64,000 bases of DNA, from positions 10,933 through 74,932 of the forward strand of contig JAIMAT010000003.1 in the NCBI GenBank assembly GCA_023511835.1. Direction: 5' to 3'. The notes beneath the pieces were generated by a model, which had not been told where the DNA came from, did no database searches, and saw only the letters and a list, made by a program, of their open reading frames with translations. A program made the position numbers and the translations under genes. The stretch comes from Bacillota bacterium. GTDB taxonomy: Bacteria > Bacillota > Sulfobacillia > JAIMAT01. Shown here in pieces: positions 54,490 to 64,000 of the stretch (position 1 is the first letter of the stretch; every line of letters begins with the position of its first letter).

Positions 54490-56717
54490 GCCCTCTCCAC
54501 CCCCGTCTCCCCCCCGGCCGGCAGGCCGAGCGGCAGGCCCAGCTGCCAGCCCAGGAAGCTCCAGATGTCGGCCTCCTCCTCGATCACCTTCTGCACCGGC
54601 TTGCCCGCGCCGTGGCCCGCCTCCGCCTCCAGGCGGAGGAGGACGGGCCGCTCCGGCGCGGTCGGCGCCGCCGCCCCCGCCTGGCCGGTCACCTCCTGCA
54701 GGCGGGCCGCCATCTTGCGCGCGTGGAGCGGGTCGACGCGCGTGTCCGACTCGGCCGCGTAGAGAAGGACGGCCGGATAGCGCCGCCCCTCGCGCACGCG
54801 GTGGTAGGGCGAGTAGCCCCAGAGCCAGCGGAACGCCTCGGGGTCGTCGGCGGAGCCGTACTCGGGGATCCAGAGGGCGGCGATGCGGAAGCGGTGGTAG
54901 CGGAGCATGTCCAGCAGGGGCACGCCCGAGACCACCGCCCTCCAGAGGTCGGGCCGGCGCGTCAGCGCCGCCCCGGTGAGAAGACCGCCGTTGGAGCGCC
55001 CGAAGGCGCCCAGCCGCTCGGGGCTGGTGTACCGCGCCCGGATGAGGAACTCGGCCGCGGCCACGAAGTCGTCGAAGACGTTGGTCTTGTTCCCCAGCAT
55101 GCCGGCTTGGTGCCAGCCCTCGCCGTACTCGCCGCCGCCGCGCAGGCAGGCCATCGCCCAGAGGCCCCCGGCCTCGAGCCAGGGGATCACCTGGGGGCGG
55201 TACTGGGGCGTCATGCTGACGCCGAAGCCGCCGTAGCCGGTGAGGACGGCCGGCCGCCGGCCGTCGCGGGGCAGGTCGCGGCGGTGGACCAGAAAGACCG
55301 GGATGCGGGTGCCGTCGCGCGATGTGCAGAAGGCCTGGCGGGCGACGAAGGCTTCCTCGTCGAAGGGCGCCTCCGGGCCGATCCAGCGCTCCAGCGCCTC
55401 CCCCTCCGGCCCGAGGCGCCAGACGGCGGGAGGGCGCAGGAAGGATTCCACCAGCGCCACCAGCTCCGGACCGCCCTCCGGCGCCGACGGGTCGGCCTCG
55501 CCTTCCAGGGCGGCGACGGAGGCGAGCGGCGGCAGCCCAAGCTCGTGCCGCGGGCCGCCTCCGGCGGGGAGCAGCCAGAGGCGTGAGACCGCATCCTCCA
55601 GCACGAGCACGGCGACGCCCCGCCGCACGGGGGCGAAGCCGGCCAGCGTGCCCGCTCCGGGCTCCGGCAGCAGCTCGGTCCACTCCTCCACCGGCCTCCC
55701 GGCCAGCGCCTCGGCGGCGGCCACGCGCAGCAGGCGGTAGCGGGGCGCACCCAGGTTGGTCAGCACCAGCAACTGCTCCTCCGCGGCGCCGCCCCAGCCG
55801 GCCGGTGTGAAGCGGGCCTGGAAGAGCGCCTCCTGCCCGCGCACCAGCGGCACGAAACGGGGGGCGTCCGGCCTCGCTTCCGTCCCTTCGGCGGCGCGCT
55901 CGGCCATCCAGAGCTCGTTCCGGCTCCAGCCCAACTGGACGACGGCGAGGAGGAAGCGGCCCGAGGGCGAGAGCGCCACCTCCAGCATGGCCTCGCGCGG
56001 CAGGTCCGCGCCGAAGACCGGCTCGTCCTCCTCCGCCGGCCGGCCGAGCCGGTGGTGGTAGAGGCGCGGGTGGTAGTACGCCTCCTCGGCTCCCACCTCG
56101 GCCGGGTCGGGGTGGCGCGTGTAGTAGAATCCGCCGCCGTCAGGCTCCCAGGCGAGGCTGGCGTGGGGCGTCCGCGGGATGGCTTCCTCGAGCCGCCGGC
56201 CGCTCTCCACCTCCACCACGTGCAGCGTGCTCCACTCGTCCCCGCCCGCCGAGAGGCCGAAGGCGACCAGGCGCCCGTCGGGCGAGGGGTACCACCAGTC
56301 GATGGCCACCAGTCCCCGCTCGTCCTCGCGGGAGGGATCGACCAGGAGCCGCTCCTCCGCCTCCGTCCCGCCGGCCGCCGGACGGACCACCAGCGCAGGC
56401 TGGGGCGCCCCCGGCCTCCGCCGCAAAAAGAAGAGCCGTCCGCCGGCCAGCCTGGGCCCACCCACGGCGCCGGCGGCGTACAGCTCCTCCAGCCTCCGGC
56501 GCAGGGCGGGACGCCAGGGGAGGGCGTCCAGCACCGCCCGCGTCCGTCGCGTCTGCGCCTCGTCCCACGCCCGGACGCGGGGGTCGTCGCCCGCCTCCAG
56601 CCAGCGGTAGGGATCGGGTACGCGCACGCCGTGCAGGAGATCGATGATCTCTTCCCTGGGAGTCTCCGGCGCCGGGGGCACCGGGACGGGGGGATGCCCG
56701 GGGAGCTCTTCTGCCAA
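54486..56717 (-). CDS. Prolyl oligopeptidase (S9A)
   Basis: [20 protein letters not shown] nucleophile elbow, DTRV, AGHGAGK. Confidence 0.95.
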   Translation of the reverse strand: MAEELPGHPPVPVPPAPETPREEIIDLLHGVRVPDPYRWLEAGDDPRVRAWDEAQTRRTRAVLDALPWRPALRRRLEELYAAGAVGGPRLAGGRLFFLRRRPGAPQPALVVRPAAGGTEAEERLLVDPSREDERGLVAIDWWYPSPDGRLVAFGLSAGGDEWSTLHVVEVESGRRLEEAIPRTPHASLAWEPDGGGFYYTRHPDPAEVGAEEAYYHPRLYHHRLGRPAEEDEPVFGADLPREAMLEVALSPSGRFLLAVVQLGWSRNELWMAERAAEGTEARPDAPRFVPLVRGQEALFQARFTPAGWGGAAEEQLLVLTNLGAPRYRLLRVAAAEALAGRPVEEWTELLPEPGAGTLAGFAPVRRGVAVLVLEDAVSRLWLLPAGGGPRHELGLPPLASVAALEGEADPSAPEGGPELVALVESFLRPPAVWRLGPEGEALERWIGPEAPFDEEAFVARQAFCTSRDGTRIPVFLVHRRDLPRDGRRPAVLTGYGGFGVSMTPQYRPQVIPWLEAGGLWAMACLRGGGEYGEGWHQAGMLGNKTNVFDDFVAAAEFLIRARYTSPERLGAFGRSNGGLLTGAALTRRPDLWRAVVSGVPLLDMLRYHRFRIAALWIPEYGSADDPEAFRWLWGYSPYHRVREGRRYPAVLLYAAESDTRVDPLHARKMAARLQEVTGQAGAAAPTAPERPVLLRLEAEAGHGAGKPVQKVIEEEADIWSFLGWQLGLPLGLPAGGETGVERA

Positions 56718-56934
56718 CCGATCCGCCTCCGTCTCCGGAGTCTACCGCGCGGGACCGGGCGCGCACAGGAGGGCCGCCTTCCGCCGGGCGCACCGGTCGC
56801 AGACCCTAGGCCGGTACCGCGACCCTACGGTTCCGCACCCGATTCGACAGCCCGGGAGCGGGGCTATACAGGGTTGGTGAGAGTCGCCGCCGTCCCTCCG
56901 GGCGGCGGGCAGAATCGAGAAGGAGGCGCTCCGC

Positions 56935-57507
56935 ATGGAGGCGACGAGGCAGGTCTGGTGGAGGCGGATCCTCTGGGACCGCGCCTTCTCCTGGGTCTGG
57001 CTGCTGGTCCGCGTCTACGTGGGCTGGGAGTGGCTGAACGCCGGCTGGGCCAAGATCTCCGGCGAGGAGGCCGGCTTCTGGGGGGCGGGCGCGGGCAAGG
57101 CCATGGCCGGCTACTGGACCAAGGCGGCCGGCCTGCTGGTGGGTCCCGACGGCAAGCCGGTGCAGGGATCGGCCTTCTGGTGGTATCGCGACTTCCTCAA
57201 GTTCCTGCTGGCCACCCACTCCCAGGTCTGGTTCTCCTACTTCATCTCGGCGGCGGAACTGCTGGTCGGGCTCGCGCTGATCCTGGGCTTCCTGACGCCC
57301 ATCGCGGCCGCGGGCGCGGCGCTGATGAACCTCAACTACCTGCTGGCCGGCTCGGCCAGCGTCAACGGATGGCTCTACACGCTGGCCATCCTCATCCTCG
57401 TGGCCGGGACCAACGCCGGCTCGCTGGGCGTCGACCGCTGGCTCTGGCCGGCGCTCTTCGGCCGTCGCCGCGCGGAGGCCGGCGCGGCGGCCGCGGGAGG
57501 CCGCTGA
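56935..57507 (+). CDS. DoxX family membrane protein
   Basis: RVYVGWEWL.AG..KI, AELLVGLALILGFLT, MNLNYLLAG, LGVDRWL. Confidence 0.88.
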   Translation: MEATRQVWWRRILWDRAFSWVWLLVRVYVGWEWLNAGWAKISGEEAGFWGAGAGKAMAGYWTKAAGLLVGPDGKPVQGSAFWWYRDFLKFLLATHSQVWFSYFISAAELLVGLALILGFLTPIAAAGAALMNLNYLLAGSASVNGWLYTLAILILVAGTNAGSLGVDRWLWPALFGRRRAEAGAAAAGGR

Positions 57508-57540
57508 CCGCCTCAAGCCGCGAACTGGGACCTCGACCCG

Positions 57541-57572
57541 GAAGCCCGGCGCCCGGCGGCGCCGGGCTTTCT
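57541..57572 (+). terminator. Terminator-like hairpin after doxX
   Basis: GAAGCCCGGCGCC-CGGC-GGCGCCGGGCTTTC. Confidence 0.6.
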
Positions 57573-57689
57573 CCGTCCCTGCCGCCACGGCAGCTCTCTC
57601 CCGTCGCGCGGGAAGCGGGCGGCGGTCCGCTTCCGGCCGGCCGCGGGAGGAGCGGCGTGCCAAGGGCGCGAAGAGGGGGCAGCGGCGCT

Positions 57690-57703
57690 TGCAACCGATT
57701 GCA
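57690..57703. promoter_or_regulatory. LacI-family/cre-like operator
   Basis: TGCAACCGATTGCA near-palindrome fitting TGNAANCGNWNNCA, just upstream of the RBS. Confidence 0.6.
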
Positions 57704-57717
57704 GGGAGGTGGGGCCG

Positions 57718-58788
57718 ATGCCGCGGGACGCGCGGGTGGAGGCGGCCGTCGCCCACTGGGGGCCGCGCTTCGTCGCCAACGGGGTGGAGCCGGACGACTT
57801 CCGGCGGATCACCGCCTCGCTGGAGCGCTGGGACGACTGGTGCCGGGCATGGAGCCGGGCGGCGGAGGAGGTGGAGCGCCTTGCCGGGGCGGCGGAGGGT
57901 GCGGGGCGGTGGCGGGCCGCCGGCCAGCTCTGGTTCCGCGCTTCGCTCTACCACCACTTCGGCAAGTTCCTCTTCGTCCACCGGCGCGAGGAGCAGCGCG
58001 CGGCCCACGAGCGGGCGGTGGCCGACTTCCTCCGCGCCGCGCCCTGGCTCGACCCGCCCGTCGAGCGGGTGGAGATCCCCTACGAGGGCCGGCGGCTGGC
58101 CGCCCTCCTGCACCGGCCGGCGGGCCTTCCCCGGCCGCCCGTGGTCCTCCTCTTCCCGGGCCTGGACTCCGTCAAGGAGGAGCTGACCGCCTACGCCCGC
58201 GAGCTGGTCGCCCGCGGCATGGCCGCGCTGGCCGTCGACGGGCCCGGGCAGGGCGAGACGGAGTGGGAGCATCCCATCGAGCCGCGCTACGAGCGGGTGG
58301 CCGCCGCCCTCCTGGAGTGGGTGCGCGAGCGTCCGGATCTCGACGGCGGCCGGGTGGGGGTGTTGGGCGTCAGCCTGGGCGGCTTCTTCGCGGCGCGGGC
58401 GGCCGCCTTCACGCCCGGACTGCGGGCGGCGGTGGTGCTGGGCGGCGGCTACGACGTCGCCTCGCACTGGGAGGGGCTGAGCGAGCGGACGCGCCTGGCG
58501 TACACCGTCCGCCAGGGCGCTTCCACGCTCGAGGAAGGGCGCGAGCTCGCTCGCCGGATCACGCTGCGGGACGCGGCGGCGGAGATCGGTATACCCCTCC
58601 TGGTGATCCACGGCAAGCGCGACCGCATCATCCCCTGGGAAGAGGCGGTCCGCCTCCACGAGGAAGCGCGCGGCCCCAAGGAGCTTTGGCTCTTCGAGGA
58701 AGGGAACCACGTCTGCAACAACATCCCCTACCGCCACCGCCCGCAGATGGCCGACTGGCTGGCGGAGCGGCTGGGTGCGCGCGGTTGA
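57718..58788 (+). CDS. Alpha/beta hydrolase, 2,6-dihydroxypseudooxynicotine hydrolase/FrsA-like
   Basis: PGLDSVKEE, DGPGQGE, GVSLGG, EGNHVCNN. Confidence 0.8.
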   Translation: MPRDARVEAAVAHWGPRFVANGVEPDDFRRITASLERWDDWCRAWSRAAEEVERLAGAAEGAGRWRAAGQLWFRASLYHHFGKFLFVHRREEQRAAHERAVADFLRAAPWLDPPVERVEIPYEGRRLAALLHRPAGLPRPPVVLLFPGLDSVKEELTAYARELVARGMAALAVDGPGQGETEWEHPIEPRYERVAAALLEWVRERPDLDGGRVGVLGVSLGGFFAARAAAFTPGLRAAVVLGGGYDVASHWEGLSERTRLAYTVRQGASTLEEGRELARRITLRDAAAEIGIPLLVIHGKRDRIIPWEEAVRLHEEARGPKELWLFEEGNHVCNNIPYRHRPQMADWLAERLGARG

Positions 58789-58793
58789 CGGGC

Positions 58794-59186
58794 TCAGAGG
58801 CGGAAGAAGCGCCGGGCGTTCTCGCCCAGCACCGCCTCTGCCTCCCCGCTGAAGAGGCGGCGGATCTGGGCGACCGGATCGGGCGGCTCCATGTCGAAGG
58901 GGTAGTCGGTGCCCAGGAGGAGCCGCTCCGTCCCCACCCGGGCCGCCAGCGCCGCCAGGAGGCCGTCGTCGTAGAGCAGGGTGTCGTAGGCGAAGCGGCC
59001 GAGAAAGGCGGAGGGCGGCTCGGCCACGGTCTGCGCCTCGGCGCGCACGCGCCAGCCGTGGTCCAGGCGTCCGCTGGCCAGCGGGAAGTAGCCGCCGCCA
59101 TGGACCAGGAGCAGGCGGAGGCGCGGGTGGCGCTCCAGCACCCCGCCCAGCACCAGGGCGGAGGCGGCCAGCGTCGTTTCGAAGGG
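58794..59186 (-). pseudogene. Amidohydrolase_2 (ACMSD-like decarboxylase), C-terminal half, IS-interrupted
   Basis: PFETTLAA..L..GGVLERHPRL..HGGGYFP...LLGTDYPF...ENARR. Confidence 0.88.
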
Positions 59187-59244
59187 GTCTGCAACTGCTG
59201 GAGAGTTTCTCCTTACGTCTCCAATTTTGTAGTATTCTGTCCCC

Positions 59245-59820
59245 ATGAAGCTCTCCGAATGGGCGAGGCTCAACGGCGTTTCCTACAAGACGGCCTGGCT
59301 CTGGTTCAAGAAGGGCATCCTGCCGGTTCCGGCCCGGCAGCTTCCGACCGGCACCATTCTGGTCGACGCGTCGGAACGAGCGGAGAGGGGTGCGGTGCTT
59401 TACGCCCGCGTCTCGTCCGCCGACCAGAAGGCCGACCTGGACCGGCAGGTGGCGCGGCTCGCGGCCTTCTCGGCGGAAAAGGGGATCAAGGTCGCCAGGG
59501 TAGTTGCCGAGGTGGGAAGCGGGCTGAACGGCCACCGGAAGGGCCTGATCTCGGCGCTGCGCTCGCCCGAGTACGGGGCCATCATCGTCGAGCACCGGGA
59601 CAGGCTGGCGCGGTTCGGATCGGAATACATCGAGGCCGCGCTGGCCGCGTCGGGGCGGCGGCTGATCGTGATGGAGCCGGACGAGAGGAAAGACGACCTA
59701 ATGCAGGACATGATCGACGTGCTGACGAGCCTCTGCGCGAGGCTCTATGGCCGCCGCTCGGCCCGGCGGCGGGCGGAGCGGGCGGTCCAGTGCGCCCAGG
59801 AGGAGATGCCGCCCGCATGA
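59245..59820 (+). CDS. tnpA: IS607 transposase (N-terminal MerR-like HTH + serine recombinase)
   Basis: MKLSEWA...GVSY.TA..W; YARVSS.DQK.DLDRQ; VEHRDRLARFG. Confidence 0.96.
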   Translation: MKLSEWARLNGVSYKTAWLWFKKGILPVPARQLPTGTILVDASERAERGAVLYARVSSADQKADLDRQVARLAAFSAEKGIKVARVVAEVGSGLNGHRKGLISALRSPEYGAIIVEHRDRLARFGSEYIEAALAASGRRLIVMEPDERKDDLMQDMIDVLTSLCARLYGRRSARRRAERAVQCAQEEMPPA

Positions 59821-61073
59821 GGATGTACCAGGCCTTCCGCTTCGCGCTGGATCCTTCTCCTCGCGCGGCCAGGATGCTGGCGTCGCACGCCGGCGCGCGC
59901 CGCTTTGTCTTCAACTGGGGCCTTGCGCTTGTGAAGGAGCGCCTCGATGCCCGCCGCCGGGGCGAGGCGGTGGAGGTGCCCTGGACGCTTCCGGCCCTCC
60001 GCCGGGAGTGGAACCGGCAGAAGGAGGCTGTGGCCCCCTGGTGGCGGGAGAACTCGAAGGAGGCGTACTCCTCGGGACTCGAAGGCTTGGCGAGGGCGCT
60101 CCGGGCGTGGTCGGAGAGCCGGAGAGGACGGCGCAAAGGTCGCAGGGTGGGCTTCCCCCGCTTCCGAAAGAAGGGCCGTGGCCGGGAGTCGGTCGGCTTC
60201 ACGACCGGCGCGATCCGGGTGGACGACAAAAGCCACGTCGTCCTGCCCAGGATCGGCCGGGTGCGGACGCACGAGCCGACGACGGCGCTCCTGGCGAGGA
60301 TCGAGGCGGGGGAGGCCCGCATCCTGCGCGCCACCGTCTCCCGAGAGGGCGGGCGGTGGTTCGTGAGCTTCACCTGCGAGGTGGAGCGAGTTCCGGGCCG
60401 GCCCAAGTGGCCGGACGCCATCGTCGGGGTGGACACGGGGATCCGGCACCTGGCCGTTCTTTCGACGGGCGATAGCGTGCCGAACCCGCGGCCGCTGGAG
60501 AAGGCGCTCAGGAAGCTCGCCCGACTGAACCGGGAGCTGGCGCGGCGGAGACCGGGGAGCCGGAACCGGGAGGAGACGGGACGGCAGCTCACCCGGGCGC
60601 ACGCGCTGGTGGCCCACATCCGCCGGGATGCCATGCACAAGCTGACGCACCATCTGGCTACCAGCTACGGGACGGTGGTCGTGGAGAAGCTCGGCGTCTC
60701 CGGCATGGCGCGGAACCGGCGCTTGGCACGGGCGCTCCACGACGCGGCGCTGGGCGAGCTGCGCCGACAGCTGGAGTACAAGTGCGCCTGGTATGGCTCG
60801 GAGCTGGTTGAGGCGGACCCGTTCTACCCCTCGTCCAAGCGCTGTTCGCGGTGCGGGTCGGTCAAAGAACACCTCCGTCTGAGCGAGCGTGTCTACCGCT
60901 GTGAGGCATGCGGCCTTGTGCTGGACCGGGACGAGAACGCGGCGCGGAACCTCGCGGCCCTGGTGGCCGCCGTCGCCGGGAGTGGACCGGAGACGATAAA
61001 CGCCCGCGGAGGGGACGTAAGACCCGGGATTTCCGGGCTGACCCCGATGAAGCGGGAAGCCGGCGGCGCGTGA
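59817..61073 (+). CDS. tnpB: RNA-guided endonuclease TnpB (418 aa)
   Basis: RuvC-I GVDTG, RuvC-II VVEKL, Zn finger CSRC/CEAC, RuvC-III DRDENAA. Confidence 0.95.
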   Translation: MRMYQAFRFALDPSPRAARMLASHAGARRFVFNWGLALVKERLDARRRGEAVEVPWTLPALRREWNRQKEAVAPWWRENSKEAYSSGLEGLARALRAWSESRRGRRKGRRVGFPRFRKKGRGRESVGFTTGAIRVDDKSHVVLPRIGRVRTHEPTTALLARIEAGEARILRATVSREGGRWFVSFTCEVERVPGRPKWPDAIVGVDTGIRHLAVLSTGDSVPNPRPLEKALRKLARLNRELARRRPGSRNREETGRQLTRAHALVAHIRRDAMHKLTHHLATSYGTVVVEKLGVSGMARNRRLARALHDAALGELRRQLEYKCAWYGSELVEADPFYPSSKRCSRCGSVKEHLRLSERVYRCEACGLVLDRDENAARNLAALVAAVAGSGPETINARGGDVRPGISGLTPMKREAGGA

Positions 61074-61145
61074 GCGCGCAAGACCGGCGCCCCCGCCTGG
61101 TGACAGGCGGGTGCTCGGAACAGATTTCTATGGTCCGAGCAACGG
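60970..61145 (+). ncRNA. Predicted TnpB omega-RNA (reRNA) scaffold
   Basis: Stacked hairpins overlapping the tnpB 3' end and right end: CCCGCCTG-GTGA-CAGGCGGG (61092-61111), TGCTCGGA...TCCGAGCA (61112-61141), ending CAACGG; 5' boundary approximate. Confidence 0.7.
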
Positions 61146-61720
61146 TTGCCTAGCAGGTTGTTCAGGTAGTAGCGCCCCAGCCGCGGCGCCTGGCCCAGCG
61201 CCGGGTGGATCATCACCGCCAGCCCGAGCGCCTCCGCGGCGGCCCAGAAGGGTTCGAGCTCGCCCGCGTCCAGCTCGCGGCCGTCCACCTGCGTGCCCAC
61301 CATCACGCCCGCCGCGCCCATGGCCGCCGCCCGCTCCGCCTCCCGCGCCGCCGCCTCCGCCCAGGGCAGCGGCACCGTGGCCAGCCAGCGGAACCGCTCC
61401 GGCCGGGAGGCGGCCGCCCGCGCCAGCTCCTCGTTGGCGGCGGCGTGGTAGCGGATCGCTGCCGGGCGGGGCAGGTCGTAGCCGTAGGCCTCGGCCCAGA
61501 AGGAGAGGAGCTGGAGGTCGACGCCCAGCGCATCCATGTGCGCCAGCCGCCCCTCCAGGTCGGTCATGGCCTCGGGGAAGGGGCGCGTGGCCGAACGCGG
61601 GAAGCGCAGGCGGGGCGAACCGCCCTCCGAGAGAAGCTCCGCCTCCGGTCCCGCCTCGCCCGCGGCGACGCGCTCCAAAAGCCGGGGAGGCACGTGATGG
61701 GCATGGACGTCGATGACCAG
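61145..61720 (-). pseudogene. Amidohydrolase_2, N-terminal half, IS-interrupted (probable CTG start)
   Basis: VIDVHAHH metal motif, MDALGVD.Q.LS, PFWAAAE..G..VMIHP. Confidence 0.88.
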
Positions 61721-61753
61721 AGCGGCTCCCTCCCCGACTCCGCTTCGCCGTTC

Positions 61754-61767
61754 TGCAATCGATCTCC
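61754..61767. promoter_or_regulatory. Second, weaker LacI/cre-like site in the divergent intergenic region
   Basis: TGCAATCGATCTCC shares TGCAATCG with the reverse complement of the 57690 site. Confidence 0.35.
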
Positions 61768-61865
61768 TCCGACCTCCCGCGGGGCAGGGGAGCGCGCGCC
61801 TCCCGTGGTATTGGCTGGCCACGAGGCTTTCGGGCCCGGTGAGAGCGCGGAGAGGGGGCGAGCGC

Positions 61866-64000
<2,135 letters not shown>

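Larger units (their letters stand above)
59186..61146 (+). mobile_element. IS607-family insertion sequence (tnpA serine recombinase + tnpB)
   Basis: Flanks rejoin in frame as NLLGN|PFET; core GG(T) at both junctions (59186-88, 61144-46); no terminal inverted repeats. Confidence 0.95.

Noticed and set aside
59189-59244. Possible IStron (group I intron-IS607 chimera) that could splice out
   Set aside because: The left end is only about 56 nt with no intron core, and the element is antisense to the host gene
56052-61073. 1673-aa ORF ending in TnpB (apparent giant Cas12-like fusion)
   Set aside because: Stop-free GC-rich frame crossing several real genes in other frames; only 59817-61073 is TnpB, with its ATG coupled to the tnpA stop

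Overview
This is a very high-GC (roughly 75% by eye, not computed) chromosomal segment from an endospore-forming Bacillota/Firmicutes, judged from PolC, spoVFA/B and ymxH. 1-14.9 kb is the distal half of the flagellar operon (fliI' to fliA), with no che or mot genes. 15.1-42.2 kb is the conserved rpsB-tsf-pyrH-frr-uppS-cdsA-dxr-rseP-ispG-proS-polC ... rimP-nusA-ylxR-ylxQ-infB-rbfA/nrnA-truB-ribF-rpsO-pnp block. 42.4-53.6 kb holds sporulation and DAP genes (vanW-like, dut, ymxH, dapB, dpaAB, asd, dapG, dapA), rnj and an RsmF-like methylase. 53.6-64 kb is accessory: a dehydrogenase, prolyl oligopeptidase, DoxX, and a putative N-heterocycle catabolic cluster whose amidohydrolase is split by an intact IS607 element (serine recombinase + TnpB + omega-RNA). 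Main oddities: a PolC with no exonuclease domain, an RbfA-NrnA fusion, a flagellar switch that looks uncoupled from CheY, a FliL with a lipobox, several probable CTG/ATA start codons, and a shared LacI/cre-like operator. All calls come from motif recognition by eye; no searches were run.
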